DNA of 64,000 nt from Lytechinus pictus (lineage: Eukaryota), in NCBI RefSeq assembly GCF_037042905.1, contig NC_087245.1, positions 21,454,001 to 21,518,000 of the forward strand, given 5' to 3'. Under the pieces are notes generated by a model, which saw only the letters and a list, made by a program, of their open reading frames with translations, made no database searches and was not told where the DNA came from. Numbering within the stretch: the first letter of the stretch is position 1; every line of letters begins with the position of its first letter. Below are positions 13,260-26,743 of the stretch, piece after piece. The translations under genes and the position numbers were made by a program.

Positions 13260-13485
13260 AAACTCTAAAACTCACCTCTTGACCAGAAGTAAAATTATAT
13301 TAATAAAAATAATTATATTCTGCTGTATTAGAACTGTAACGGTATTAATTAATTCCCATCTAAAAAAGTATAACTCTTAGGATGTTAAACTCAGAAACTC
13401 ACTGCTTGAACAGAGAAGTAAAATAAAATAAATAAAAATTATATTGGTCTACTGTTTTTTAATTATAACAATATTAATTCCCGTT
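13260..13485. repeat. Degenerate tandem duplication, period about 127 bp
   Basis: aaactc(t/a)..aaactcac...cttga.cag...aagtaaaat...attaattccc occurs twice. Confidence 0.55.
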
Positions 13486-14194
13486 TGTATCTATTATGAA
13501 TAATATTATATGAGATGCTTTATTGTTCTTGGCATAATCATGTTTTTGTTAGGCCAAAAGGAAGATGGCTCAGCTATTAGTTTTTACTTTTAATACTTCT
13601 ACTATTCAAATTAGTTTTAACTAATTAAAGAAGTAGGTCATCTGCAAACTTCAAGGTATCCTGATAGAGATAGGTTGTATATTACACAGGAAATGCTTGT
13701 ATGTAATATACACAGGCACCTGTGTAATGTACTCTGACAGGTAATGGATACCTTGTAGATTACAGGAGGTGGGAAATCTACTAGAAATAACTAAGATGTT
13801 GATTTTAATCTGGAAGCAGTAAACAAGGAGGAATGTAATTTACAATAAGCCAATGACCCCAGTCACTCAACTGACAGTTCTTAAAACTGATGAAGTAAAA
13901 ACGTAAACGTCAAAATCTGTCTTTTTTTTGGTGATATCTCTACATAAAAATTGCACATTCTCACATTAACTAATAGGCAAATCCAAAACTGGCCAAGTAT
14001 GCATATTAGGGTTTTGCTGTGCTGATTGAAATATGAAATTAACTCAAAAATTATGAAGTTAAAAGTATGTTATGTATCAAAGCAGGCAATTACGTTGACT
14101 TATAATTTGACAGTCAAAAATTCATTAGATTTAAATGTTGAAATGTCATTTCAGTGACAATTTTAGATACAAATTCCTGTTGTTGTTTTTCCAG

Positions 14195-14354
14195 GCTGGA
14201 AACCTACTGAGGGAGAAGCTAAAGGAGCTTGATAGAAAACACACGGAGAAGTTCCAGAAATATAAACAGGATCAAGAAGAACAGGTTGCTATGTTAAAAG
14301 AGGTCCAAACTAAGGAGATTAATCACATCAAGTCTGGCAGTGAGAAAGCTTTGG
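14195..14354 (+). CDS. FLACC1: Coiled-coil exon (AGNLLREKLKELDRK...SEKAL)
   Basis: tttccag acceptor, gtgagt donor, phase 0 to 1. Confidence 0.92.
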
Positions 14355-14830
14355 GTGAGTGTTAATTTGAATCAAGAAAGTTTAGTTATTGTACCATTAA
14401 TATTCAGAGTTTAATCTGCAACATATTATTTTGAGGACTGGATCGAGTTGTTATATTCAATTATATGATTTTTTAAGATGAACACACAATGTGATTAAGA
14501 TACTGATAATCATTATGACAATAATAATAGTAATAGTAATGCTGATGTTGATGGTGATGATGATGATGATGACGATTGTAATGATGACAATTGTTATGAT
14601 AACAATGATAATAATAATAAAAATGATAATGTTTGAAACTTTTGTACCACCATTTAGAGAAGACTAAATGCTGAGGGCAATTTTTGAAAGAAGAAATGGG
14701 AAAAGAATGAATGAGATTATAATATCTGTCATTCAAATGCACACTGCATTACTGTAACATGCACAAATCTTTACCTTTAGCACTTCACTTGTTTCTTTAT
14801 TGATTTTTTTTTGTTTCTCTGTAAAAATAG

Positions 14831-14983
14831 CAAGGATGAAAGGAGAGTTGGAATTCCTTCAGGGAGCATTCGAGGCCTACAAGAGAACCTTGACACAAGA
14901 CATGGTGGAGAAATGGACCAAGAAAGAGAGTGATATGAAGATGAAATTCCATGAAGATATGGAGAAAGAACTCTCAGAACAAA
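14831..14983 (+). CDS. FLACC1: Coiled-coil exon (ARMKGELEFLQGAFEAYKRTLTQDMVEKW...LSEQ)
   Basis: aatag acceptor, gtaaga donor, phase 1-1; resembles the recalled human segment YKYLKNMFRTYQDSIYDEMEEKW. Confidence 0.92.
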
Positions 14984-15382
14984 GTAAGATGTATTAAAAG
15001 CCTTCCTCGCCCCTACACCCATTGGGACTAGCCGGCCTCACACCATTATATGGTAGTGGTTCTTCTTCAGATGTTTTTTTGAAAAACAGCTCTGATTTCA
15101 GATAATAAATTGTGGCCCTCTTGATTAATGACCCCCCTCCATCCCTTCCCAATTTTAAATTATGAATAGGGACTTCAATATTACGTTATGGATTTTTAGT
15201 AATGGTTCTCATTATTTTTTAATAGTGACCCTCTTTTTATTTTATCACTGGAGTACTTTCTGTTACTACAATGAATATTATACATGTAGATCCCTTTATT
15301 TCCCCAATTGTGTTTATTCAATAATGATCTATGATTATCTACATATTTGTTTGTGGTAATAGATTTATTCAAATCATTGAAA

Positions 15383-16704
15383 CAGGCGCGTAGCCAGGGG
15401 GGGCGGTGGGGGCGGTCGCCCCCCCCAAAAACGTCCCCAAAAAGAAAAAAAAAAGAAGGGAAAAAAGAGAGGAGAAAAGGAATAGGGAAGGGAGGAAAGG
15501 GAAGAAAGGTAGCTTTGTGGTTTTTTTTTTTCTTTCTATTCCACCTCAGCGATATGTGTTTCTTGCCAGTTACTTAAAGTTCAAATGTATACATTAGGGC
15601 ATAGAATTAGAGTAAGGTTAGGCCGAAGTATATGAAGTTATCTTTTTTTTTTAATTGATTGCGCAACTTCTGGACGGGTCGGCCCTGGGCGGGTAAAATC
15701 ATTATATCAATTTCTGCCGTCACCTCCATAAAGTCAACTTCTCCTGCTTTTCAGCTCATCACTAAACAACCATAATTTTGGGGCAAACAGGTTCCTAATT
15801 TAAAAAGAGGAAGGTATAAAATTCGTGTCGTATTAGATAGAAAAGAACAATACTTATTATCAAATTCTATTAAACTTCATGTCATTTCCCTGCACATTCA
15901 TCACCTGTCCTGTTTTGCGCACTCAGTTTGAAATTTTGAATGACACTTAGGGTTCTTTATAATTCAAAATGAAGCGCTTCAGGATAAGTCAAAGAAATTA
16001 GGCATCCTTTTTTATATAATTTCAATGAATCACAGAAGTTTCAACTTTTTGCGCACTATTTCCCTTGTAATGAAGTTCAATAATCTTAGAAAATCAATTG
16101 AATTAGACCCGATGGGGTATTAGAGATATCTGCATTTGATGAAACGTCCGCCCTTTGAAACTTCAGAGTTTCATTGCTCTGTGCGGGGAGGAATATCTTC
16201 CTCCCGGCATATACACTTCTTCTCCTCTGTTTTGCGAGTTATGCACTGTCGCTAAATTGTTTGTAATCAAATCTGATCTTTCCAAGGGAAGTATTCAATA
16301 TATCTTTGAGAATACCCTTTTATCGGGACCCTTTTCATGGCAGAAAAAATTGAAAAAACGCTTTAGCCTCCGCGCTTCGCGCGTGGTTATTATTTTAATT
16401 TCCTCCATTGTATTCCTTTTTTATGCGTTCGCTCACAATCACTTTTGAAAACAAGGTTCGTGAAAAAAAGGTTCAAAATCACAATATTGTCAACTGAATT
16501 GGAGCTGATATAGATACTAGAGACAAGAGAGACGGCTCCTTTTCATTTTAATTTATGAAACACCAAAAGCTTCGCGAGGGAGGGGGAAACTCCCCCTCCC
16601 TGCACCCACCCCCTAGGGAGCGCGCTTTGCGCGCTCTGTAAGTGTTGGCACGCTTTGCGTGCGATTACCGCCCCCTCCAAAATGAAATCCTGGCTACGCG
16701 GTTG
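15383..16704. mobile_element. Non-autonomous hAT element, 1.3 kb
   Basis: TIR caggcgcgtagccagg / cctggctacgcggttg; perfect 8-bp TSD CATTGAAA (15375-15382, 16705-16712); no transposase ORF. Confidence 0.9.
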
Positions 16705-16738
16705 CATTGAAACCTGGGTCATCTCTTCTTGTTTGTAG

Positions 16739-16842
16739 GGGCAGAGCTGCTGGAGGAGAAGAACATAGAACGGAATGCACTGAACCGGGAGTTCCAGAAA
16801 CAGATGCACATCCTTTCACAAGAACATAAGGGAGAGATAGAG
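16739..16842 (+). CDS. FLACC1: Coiled-coil exon (RAELLEEKNIERNALNREFQKQMHILSQEHKGEIE)
   Basis: ttgtag acceptor, gtaatg donor, phase 1 to 0. Confidence 0.9.
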
Positions 16843-17107
16843 GTAATGAAATTAAAGAACAGTGACCTGATAGCAGCAACAAATATAATTTAAACAAAGG
16901 AAAATTTGCCCCCCCTGTAAAAAAAAAAAAGTTTTGGCATTGTACAAGATGCCCTGTATTTTTTTGATAGAGGTAATGAAATCTTAATCTTACTGGGAGC
17001 CAAATGCATACATGGCAAAGGGCATTGTTACTTGGGTATGCAATTTAAGATTTAGGAAGAACAGAATTTCAAACAAGAAAGAAAATTGTTAGAGATTATG
17101 CGATTAA

Positions 17108-17583
17108 AGGACAAGTCCACCCCAACAAGAAGTTGGTTTTAATCAAAAGAGAAAAATCAAACGAGCATAACACTAAAGTTTTCATCAAAATCGGATGTAA
17201 AATGAAAAAGTTATGACAGTTTAAAATTTAGCTTAATTTCACAAAACAGCTATATGTACATTCTGGTCAGGATGCAAACGAGGGGACTGATGACATCACC
17301 AACGCACTATTTCTTTTGTATTTTATTATATGAAATATGAAATATTTTAATTTTCTCCTCATTTTCCTGTAAATGTAGTTTATTCTTCCTTGAACATGTG
17401 GAATTACCAATTGTATTGTTTTATAGTAAACATGTAATTGTTTTGCGATAAATAAGCGAAATTTTGAAAATGTCATAGCTTTCTAATTTTAAATCCAATT
17501 TTGATGAAATTTTCAGCGTAATGCTTGTTTGATTTTTTTCTATAATGATTCAAATCAACATTTTTCTGGGTTGGACTTGACCT
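17108..17583. mobile_element. Kolobok/T2-type MITE (internally deleted copy of the 43362-43936 family)
   Basis: TTAA|aggacaagtccacccc ... gggttggacttgacct|TTGA; internal sequence homologous to the 43.4-kb copy. Confidence 0.85.
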
Positions 17584-18039
17584 TTGAGCTTTCGAAGCAT
17601 AAGGGGTTCAGATTAAGCTATGTTTTGTTGTCATTTTGTTGATTTCATATGGATAGACAAAAAAAACCTAATAGATTGTTACAATACAAACTGAGATAAC
17701 ATAAAGTAAAGTTACTTTGTCTTTAGTAAGAAGTGGTAGTAAGAAGAGAAGTGATAGATATGAAGATGACAAACAGACAATGAAGAGAATAAGTGATAAT
17801 GATTCTTGTAATAGCAAAAGCCAGCTTCAACTATATACATGTAGTAGATGGATTGCCCAAACATGGAAAGGTGGTTCTTTATTGACTATCTATATTTTAA
17901 TGTTAGATTAAAAAAACTTTCAAAAGCTTTTTAGTGTTATCATGTCATTCATGGCCCAAACATGTTAATAGTGTGTATTAAATCAATATTCCTGTGTTAG
18001 TTGTTAAAGATAATGAAATATATCAATTGTGTTTTGCAG

Positions 18040-18201
18040 AAACTGATGAAGCGATTTGCTGGTGCTGCAATGGATGTTGAAAACCTTAGGAAAGCACTTG
18101 AACAGATCAAGAGTCTACGGGCAGAACTGAACAATGCCCTTGAAGCTTTAGAGATCAGCAAAGAAGAAGCTGCATCCTTCAAAGGTCGATTAACGGAAGC
18201 T
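18040..18201 (+). CDS. FLACC1: Coiled-coil exon (KLMKRFAGAAMDVENL...RLTEA)
   Basis: ttgcag acceptor, gtaagt donor, phase 0-0. Confidence 0.92.
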
Positions 18202-18644
18202 GTAAGTTTCTTTGATGCTATATTTTGGGGTATTCTTGCAAATTATACTTTTTCAGGGCTTGAATTAATTTCCTTAGATAACCTCCAGTGAAAGCTCTAA
18301 TTGACTGTTGATTGCATTGGTCAGAATACTTCTGTGGAATCTTCCTTACAGGTGCCATTAATATGTAAAGAAATGACAATTTTACATATATGCCTCTTAG
18401 ATTTTGCCATGCAAAGGCTCATATTCAACTTTGTTGAGTCTCCTTGCGACTCAAGTTGATTCCAATTGATACCACTTGTTCCAAAGTACAAAGCTAATAC
18501 TTCTCTTTAGAAGTATTTCAGTGTTATTGTTAATATGATAGCATAATGATCATCCAGTGGGGAGGGGGGAGTTGACTGTAAAATTCCAGCTTTTTACCAA
18601 GTAACATACCATGAACTTAAGCGACTAATGTTTCAAGACTTCTG

Positions 18645-18800
18645 GGGAGCGTTTCATGAAAGAACTTGTTGGATGTTTTATCCCATAAGTCCCAGTTTAT
18701 CCGACAGTTATCATAGTAAAAGTGCTTCTCAGCCAATCAAAATCAAGGAAAGTTGTCAGATCTGACATTTTGTTGTACAAAAATATTGATGAAATACTCC
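18645..18800. mobile_element. Harbinger-type MITE; same family as 62976-63144, inverted
   Basis: gggagcgtttcat ... gatgaaatactcc; shared core aaggaaagttgtcagatctgaca. Confidence 0.7.
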
Positions 18801-18886
18801 CTAGAAGTGTCTGCCCTTATTATTTCTTGGTGATTTCTGTTTTTACCTGTTTGTTCTTTGGATTTCTTTGCTTGGTGCCTTTGCAG

Positions 18887-18996
18887 AAAATGATGCTGAT
18901 TGATTACCAGGAGAATTTCAGCGGGAAAGTGGATGAAGTAGACGGGAAATACAAAGAGAAGATTCACCTCCTTATGACTGAGAATGCAGAACTTAG
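18887..18996 (+). CDS. FLACC1: Coiled-coil exon (KMMLIDYQENFSGKVDEVDGKYKEKIHLLMTENAEL)
   Basis: ttgcag acceptor, gtatgt donor, phase 0 to 2; resembles the recalled human segment KFAETEEKYKHTIQILTEENIHL. Confidence 0.92.
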
Positions 18997-20602
18997 GTAT
19001 GTCAATCTAACCATAGTGACCACCAACCTGCCTAAATGGGCACTTTTGGTCTGTCTAGGAATATGTAGTAAAATTTTGCTGGATTGCTCTCTAGGGAGCC
19101 GAGAGAGAGCATACATTGTGTGCGGGCAAGCCAGAATTAAAAAATTCGGGTAATAATATACCCGTAGATCCCATGTGTCAAGCCCTATATGCAAGCAGAA
19201 TATTATTGTTACTACACTAGCCTCAAAGAGAGAGAACTTTGATAAGGAAGGCTCATGATAGATTATAGCAATGTGTTGCTGTCTTACGCAAGCTGTATCG
19301 CTAATTCAGCTGGTACATCATGTTAAATTGATTAATGTACACCCTGCTTTGATGGCACTGGTTTGTTAAACTGTCATCTTGTAAAATTGCTGCTTCCGAT
19401 ATTAAAAAGAATTTAATTTTGTCTATGTGTTACATGTATGTCAGGCAAGAAAATATCAGACATTAAACAAAAAATTTATTAGACTGGTGTGATGATGTAG
19501 TATTCTTGAGCTGTATAAGCTGTTTTTCTACAAAACCAAATTACCTCACCAAGTATAATGTTGCGACAATATTTTCATCACAAAGATATAAGCAAAGTTT
19601 GGATGAGCCAAGATTCCCAAGGTAAGAGATGGTATGATCTTAAAAAGGCCTATTGGCAAATGAGTAATTGGGAAAAGGCTTTTGTATGCACTGGTATGTG
19701 ACAATAATATTGGGTGTGGGTGTGTGCATGTGCATGTGAGAAAAAAGACATTTTGGAAAGACATCTTGATACACACTGTTAATAATCATACTGTATATGT
19801 GGTAGTGGGTGTGGGTGTGTGTGAGTGCGTGATTAGGTGATGGGAAATTAGAACACTCGTCCATTGTGATACATGTTCAAACCTTCTTTTACTATAGAAA
19901 GATAACTCTCTCTCTAAAGACACTAGTTTAGTTTCCCTTGAGTTCTGGTGCATTACACTGAGGTTTTCTGGTGATGTGATTTCTCAAAAACACCCTTTAC
20001 TTCAGGTTGAATTTCACATATTACTTTGGGAATATGAGAACTGCTTTAAATACCTTCCATCTTTTAATAACTACATCCTATCATCTTTCAGTATCCAGAT
20101 TTAACTGAGATTCATGTACTTTGGAAATGATTGTTATACCATAATTATGTTCTTTTACTGAAAATTATCATTTCTTTCATGATGCAACTTGACTTTAATT
20201 TATGATTGGGCCTGGATGAGCAACCCTATTATGCCATTGATAGGAACCATGAAACTGGAACCTAGGAGCACATCTTTGGGCCGACGTCAAAGCTTGTAGT
20301 TCAGAAATTATTCAGAAAAATGAAAAAAAATATACAGTTGCCTAATGCTGAGTCTAATGGGATATTCCCCTATGATTTAGTATAGTTACTATGTTTTTTT
20401 TTTTATAGATAAGACTGGATTTGAAGAGGACATCATTAGCTAGATTACATTACCTTGTCATTTGAAAAAAAAAGTGATTGCCTGAAAATTAGAGATCACG
20501 ACTTGTCACCCAAGCGACAACTTTCTAGTAAATTATTCATCAGTTTACCCTTTGATACTTAATGGTCAAGTCCTTTTTTATTGTCTTTTTTTTTACCTGC
20601 AG

Positions 20603-20702
20603 GAAACGTTACATGCAGAAATGCAATGAACTCTTCAATGAGAAATCTAAGACAGAGTACAACAGAGTAGAAAAGGTCATGAATACAAAAGAAATGATGA
20701 AG
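20603..20702 (+). CDS. FLACC1: Coding exon (RKRYMQKCNELFNEKSKTEYNRVEKVMNTKEMMK)
   Basis: ctgcag acceptor, gtatgt donor, phase 2 to 0. Confidence 0.9.
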
Positions 20703-20727
20703 GTATGTTGTAAATTTTCTCTAATGT

Positions 20728-20849
20728 GAGCCCTTTAACATAAATCTTGGCGATTGATTCGGGTCCGATTTCTAAGATTGATTGTGTGTATGATCAATGG
20801 TCCAAATCAGCAACATGATCAATGGCTACATGCTTTATGTTATTGGGCC
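20728..20849. mobile_element. Degenerate Harbinger-type MITE
   Basis: gagccctttaacataaa ... tttatgttattgggcc imperfect inverted ends. Confidence 0.5.
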
Positions 20850-21330
20850 CTGGAAACATGTAGAACTTCTTTGAAATATATACAAAATGTGATATGTCGT
20901 TACTGGTCAGACATATACATGTAGGATATCAGCCAGTTAGATAATACTTATGTCTTAACAAGACTTCTTGATCATTAACAAGTCTTCATATGCTGTTGAT
21001 TCACTGTGAATAAATTGCATTTTATTTGAAATATAAGATTTATGCAACATGCCCCTGAATTGCTAAGTATCTCCATTTTAATAGTGACTTTTTGGATATT
21101 AAAATGTCATGCAATTTCTCTCAGAACTTCTCCTTCACTGATATTGGGAAGGATCTCCTTTAAATAAAAGAATACGAAAGTTGGCATCTCTGGTAGTAGT
21201 TTTTGATGAAAACATATATCAAATTTTTTTTTTTTTTACACAATGACCAGTACATGTATATGGTCTCTAGAGATAGAGTTCTATCCACAAATATATTGAA
21301 ATATATTCTCTCTTTTTTCTTTCCCCTCAG

Positions 21331-21612
21331 ATGTTAGTACATGTCCGAAATCGCTCCAATGTGAGTCTGGCTTGCTCCGACCCCGCAGCAGATGCCAAAC
21401 CTCGTCTTCTGGTGACCCGCCCCGTGAGTGCACCCAGCACACGCAAAGAGGCCCACAAGGCCCACCGTATGGCTGGAGAAACGGATCATCTCTCCAGCCC
21501 TACTCCTCAAAGACCTCATACCACAATGTTAGCGACAAGGCCTGCACCGCCTAGAGAAAACCTTGGACTAATTAATGCATTTGGAAGTGCGCACTCGTTG
21601 CAATCTTTATGA
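21331..21612 (+). CDS. FLACC1: Terminal coding exon (MLVHVRNRSNVSLACSDP...AHSLQSL*)
   Basis: Strong acceptor tttctttcccctcag, phase 0, TGA at 21610-21612. Confidence 0.88.
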   Translation: MLVHVRNRSNVSLACSDPAADAKPRLLVTRPVSAPSTRKEAHKAHRMAGETDHLSSPTPQRPHTTMLATRPAPPRENLGLINAFGSAHSLQSL

Positions 21613-22468
21613 GGTTGTTTATTATATTACAATCCGTGAATTCTACGTTTACTTGACTGTACTCCACCGCTGCATTTGCCGACTACAGAATTATCTAAAA
21701 TTCATTCTAAATGAAATGAAAATGATGTTCTCTAACAGATTAAATTATTCCTCCTCCCCTCTCACTGGTCAATAATGCTACCTCAACATCATGTACTAAT
21801 ATTATTGGCACAGTGTTAAGTAGACCCTTTACACAATACGTTTTAGTCAATAACTTGTAAGCAGTTGATTCTTGTTTTACCTGCATAGATCTAATCTAAT
21901 CAAATTCGCGTATTAAAAGAAAAGTAGAAAATTATAAAATTCCTTTTAAAGGCTCATAATTTGTAGATTTGCATGTGAAAATAGGAATTAAACGGTTCTT
22001 TATCTTTGAATAAAGATACTGATGCATGAAAAAAACGTACTCAATATGTGTCAAATTTCTTTCTTTGTTTTTCTGATGCAATTTTGCATGATATCAAGGG
22101 ATCTTTACTAAAACTTTTTGAGCCAAACTTCAAAATGTTCTTATTGGTCTTATTTGTGTTAAAGAAAGTACCAAAGTCACATATATTACAGTGCCTTTTG
22201 CCATGTGCTTCACTGATTATTCTACTCCTGGTTCTAAATCTTCCCCATTCCATTCAAATTTTATTTTATATGATATTTTTCAAGAAAGTGAATATTAGAT
22301 TTATATTACGATTGATGCCATAATACTCATCTTATTTTAGCAGGAGCAGCATGATCGTATCCAAGGTGATTAATTTTAGGGTTTTATGTCTTTGTGGTAG
22401 ATGAATATTATGTGAAGGAATGGAAATTAAGAGGAGTAATTTCTCAAAAAATTAACTACAAGCATTAA

Positions 22469-22956
22469 CCCTTTGAACCCTGAATTAATTGGGACGGTCA
22501 TGACCCCCAACCTGAATTATTTGGACATTATTGGCAAATGAAAGAACATATGACATTTGAAATGAACGATCTCCTATTCTCATGATTCGATCCCAGCCAT
22601 GTCAGCGGCACCTCACTCTGCTGGTACCAGGACTGGCCAAGCTGATGTTATTTAGCTTCCTGTACTAACGATAATCTCACATTTTGTCTCAAAATCATTG
22701 CTTTGATGGAAGTAAAATCCAACAATAGCTTACGCATGGTCCTTGTCCTGTATTATCGCACGGGCCTCCTTGGTAGGATAGTATATTTTGGTCATTTTTT
22801 TATGCTAAAACCTTATAAATGAAAGCCCATCGTCAACGAAATTATAAACTGAAGTTATCGACTGAATATCTCTAAAACGACATAATTCTTAAAGATCACC
22901 TGATATCTTAAACCCTTGCTTTTTGAATCACATGACTTGAAGCCAGGTTCAAAGGG
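22469..22956. mobile_element. piggyBac-type MITE in the probable 3' UTR
   Basis: TTAA|ccctttgaacc ... ggttcaaaggg|GTAA (CCC/GGG termini, one TSD mismatch). Confidence 0.75.
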
Positions 22957-24506
22957 GTAACAAAATGTAGTATTGATGTTTTTGTTAAACTTTGTAATAT
23001 TTGTTATTATCCGTCCAAAGTGGATTAGTCACTAAAAAAATACCTTGAAATATTGATCTTGATTTTTTTTTTAAATTCTTGTTTAAATCAATTGTTACCA
23101 GTTGGTGTGCTTTCCTTATTCAAAAGCACCAATTGATATGAAGTATTCCTTCATATCCTTATTGTTGGTTTCTTGCTGTTTGTTTTTTGTTTTGTCAGTG
23201 CAATGTTTGAAGTTTTATTGTTGTATAGCACTATATTGAAGTATATCATATGTACATACATGTATCACTGATATTGAACAGTGTCAGTATTAAGTTTAGT
23301 TTTATATGAATGTTGAGAAACAATAGGTTTTACTTCCTCTCCCGTATTCTCAAGTTCACAAATAAATATCTGTGAAAGGCAAGGAGTGCCTAGCTACCAA
23401 TTATTCCAATCCATTTTTAATCCCTAAAAGCATCATTGTTGATGCTTTTCAAGGAGCAGTCACACATTGCCAAATTAAAATGCTTTTCATGGCGGTCGTT
23501 AAACTGCAGTGGACCATGTATTACCACTCCAGATTTTTATGGTAGTTACAGAGATCTTCACGCAAGGCAGCATACCAGCCCCAGAGGTCTGAGGCAACCC
23601 TCTCCTGACCTAAACTCCACATAAATCACAGTGCCACAGTGTAGCTACCTTGTTTATATGGAGAAATAGAATCTGACTATCGGATTGGTTATGGTGGTAC
23701 AGGAACGCGATTTGCTGTCAAGTCTGCGACGGCTTACTCCGTTGTCATTAGTACGGATCATGCAGTGCAAATGAGGAGCTTGCCCACTAACCTAGCTGTA
23801 CTTTTGTCTGGATATTGTCTATTTCAAACTGTTAAACTGCCATTGGAAATGAAGCATTTAATGTTTGATGATTGATCAATGAGTAGGTAGGTTCTTACTT
23901 TGAGCCAAACTACCGTATAGTTTGGTGAGGTATTGCCCCTGAATGGCATCTATGCTAAATCCAGTATCAATTTTTTTTTCTGTTGGTGCAATGAGCATCT
24001 TCCCTAATAGATTATTCAAAATAAATGTGTCTATTATAATTATTGTTAATATTACTTTTATCATATGTTTTATTGCTATTATTATTATTACTATTATATG
24101 ATTATTTTTGTATTTTCATGCCGAATGGTGTATTTCATGATTATACTGCCAGTATGAAGTAACAAATTTGAAACGCTGTAAAGTTGTTTTTTGTTATTCC
24201 ATACAATGAAAAGAAATCTTGAAATTACTGGTATGCAAAATATGCAATTAATACACCCATGTCTTTCAAAATATACATATGTTATCTCATGGTAATTATT
24301 TGTACTGTTTTGCTGTTTATTTTATTGTAGTGTGTATAAAATGTTGGTTGTTCACTGTTAAACATATTTCCATACACATTAACCTTGATAAATTCAATGT
24401 ACACATACATTATATGGAAGTATTTAGCAAGTTATATTATTACACATTCAGCGTAATGTTTTAAGTTTTCTGCAGAATATTCCCATGGGTAGGGGATGGT
24501 CATCTG

Positions 24507-24658
24507 GGCCCCGTTGTATAAAAGTTACTATTATGGTAACTTTGCCATCCAATAGTAACTGCCATGTTAACGATCATCAGCCAATCAGAATCAAGGATTC
24601 CATGCAAGATACCATTGGATGGCAAAGATACCATAATGGTAACTTATGCAATGGGGCC
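24507..24658. mobile_element. Harbinger-type foldback MITE
   Basis: Long inverted arms (ttatggtaactttgccatccaat / attggatggcaaagataccataa), CTG TSD. Confidence 0.8.
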
Positions 24659-26737
24659 CTGATATGGTATTTGTACCTAGCATTGGGTGGGCAAGCCTAT
24701 GTCTACTCCTGTTGACTTTCTTATACCAATTGATCAATCAGATTCCCCTGTGATGCTGCCCTCTTGTGATCGATCACTGGAGCAAAGATTGATGACAAAA
24801 GAACACCCACAGTCTCTAGTCAGTACTGGTTAATCCCATACATCAAAATAGGCTCTTCAACTTTCTTTGTCAGAGTTTGCTTTCAAAGTCAATTATGAGA
24901 GCATCATCCCATACAATATTTTGTCTTGTTGTTGAGGGTGTGTTCACTTAGAACAGAATGGGATCTGCTGTTCTTTTATCTAATGCTCATTGAGAGCTCT
25001 ACCCGCTTTTCCCAATATCATTGTTCCAATCTGTGAAAGTAGTAAATACAATACCCAACCTTCAGGAGCTTGTCTGGATTTATTCCCCAAAAACCTCAAA
25101 TTTTCAGGCTATTAGGATTTACATTGTTCAGCGCATACGGGCTTTAACATGTTCTAGCTTTTTTTTTTTTAGTTTCAGTGAGTTTTCTAGCTTGCATCTC
25201 TGAACCTTTTTCCTACATAAAAGTCCATCAATTGGATGGACTTGCCTACAACTTTAGTGTGTTAGGATTCCTGAAAGCAATGCTGGTATCCTCTTGGAAT
25301 GCTCACTTGAGTTTTGAATATTGTGATATACGGTTCACAAAAAGGAAGGACCATATTGTGGACTTTTTTTTTATCTCCTTTCCTTTTTGAGGTTTTCATT
25401 CTTATTCTGATCTTTGCTCTATGTCTCATGGGTATGTTGGATATCCACATGATGTAAGTATCTTGTTGATGTGACTAAAGTCGTTTTGTAGTGCATGTCA
25501 AAGATTACTCGCACTATTGCAAAGTTAGTAATGATATACCAACTTCCCACAACCATTATGTTATACCCAGGGATTTAGCTTCTGTGTAATTCATATGGCT
25601 GTATCTCAGATACGTGATATCCCAATTGGATATGTATGTATAAGAATTGCATGTGCTGATAATGGTAATGTGGTACAAAATTACGCTTCAACTTTAGGCT
25701 CTCGGATAGCAATGAGCAAGCAAATCCCGCCCAAAATTCTGGGGTTATTTTTACAGACCACCGTCTGGTGTATTATCTCATCAAGATACCCAGGTTTGTG
25801 ACTGTGACATCAACTAGCACATAATCAGATATACCCCAATTTGCATACAAAACTACCTTTTTAAATTTCTATCAAATAAAATTCATATTCTATGAATGTG
25901 CAGCTGGAACGCATTTTGATAAAAGTATCTTGGATGTGCTGCAGGGCGATTGTATATTTTATTTATATATTTTTATTTTTTGGCAATTCTGTTACCAGTA
26001 AATTTAGCTGTCAACACTTTCCTCTCTGTGTCACAAAAATTATATATGGACAATATTTTATTCCAATGAACCTTTTTTCTGTATTATTTATTACAGATAA
26101 TGATGAATGCACAATGTGTTCTCCCAGTAATTCTTCATTTGTGTATACAAATTGTTGCTCAAATATATGACTTACAAAAGTCATAAAAGGTTTCAAGAAT
26201 GTATAGACATCTGTAGGGCTGGAGAGAACTCACAAATAATGATGATAAGAATCATTATACTTATTCAGATCTGATTTAAGTTGTAGTATTTGTGAAATTG
26301 ATTTCTCACACAGGTTTGATCATCTCGCCGGGGGGATGGTCATGGGGAAAGTTTCTGAACTTCATTACATTTGAGGCAGAAACCAAATCAGTCGATATGA
26401 ATATAAGTAATCCGATGCTCTGAAAAACAAGAATCAACCATACCACCTTTAAAGATGCTGACCAATGTCACTCAAGGAGCACCAATAGGGGCCTACAGGT
26501 GCAAAAGTACAGAAGTGTAACTTTGTACATTTACATCTGTGTGCAACCTTGCACCAGATATGAAGTCACAAATTTCAAAGTGCTCCTATAGTGTGACATT
26601 TCATCTGTAAAGGAGTGAAGTTGAAGATTTATTTCTCAGAGTGTTTACCGCGACAGTTGAGTTCAAATCTTCTTTAATTTAAAATTCATATCACCTTGTA
26701 AATGCTACCTTGAATTTTGAACTGTACATTGGCAGAT

Positions 26738-26743
26738 AATAAA
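26738..26743 (+). promoter_or_regulatory. Candidate distal polyadenylation signal (AATAAA) of the FLACC1-like gene
   Basis: AATAAA followed by T/GT-rich sequence, near the apparent CpG transition; other AATAAA sites exist upstream (e.g. 25875). Confidence 0.3.

Noticed and set aside
23420..23790. GC-richer patch with small hairpins, considered as a ribozyme or ncRNA
   Set aside because: I could not identify a hammerhead core or HDV-like pseudoknot by eye; an Infernal/Rfam scan would be needed.
26097..26170. ag|AT AAT GAT GAA TGC resembling the start of a calcium-binding EGF exon (DNDEC)
   Set aside because: The following Cys spacing does not fit EGF, the frame stops soon after, and no partner exons were found.
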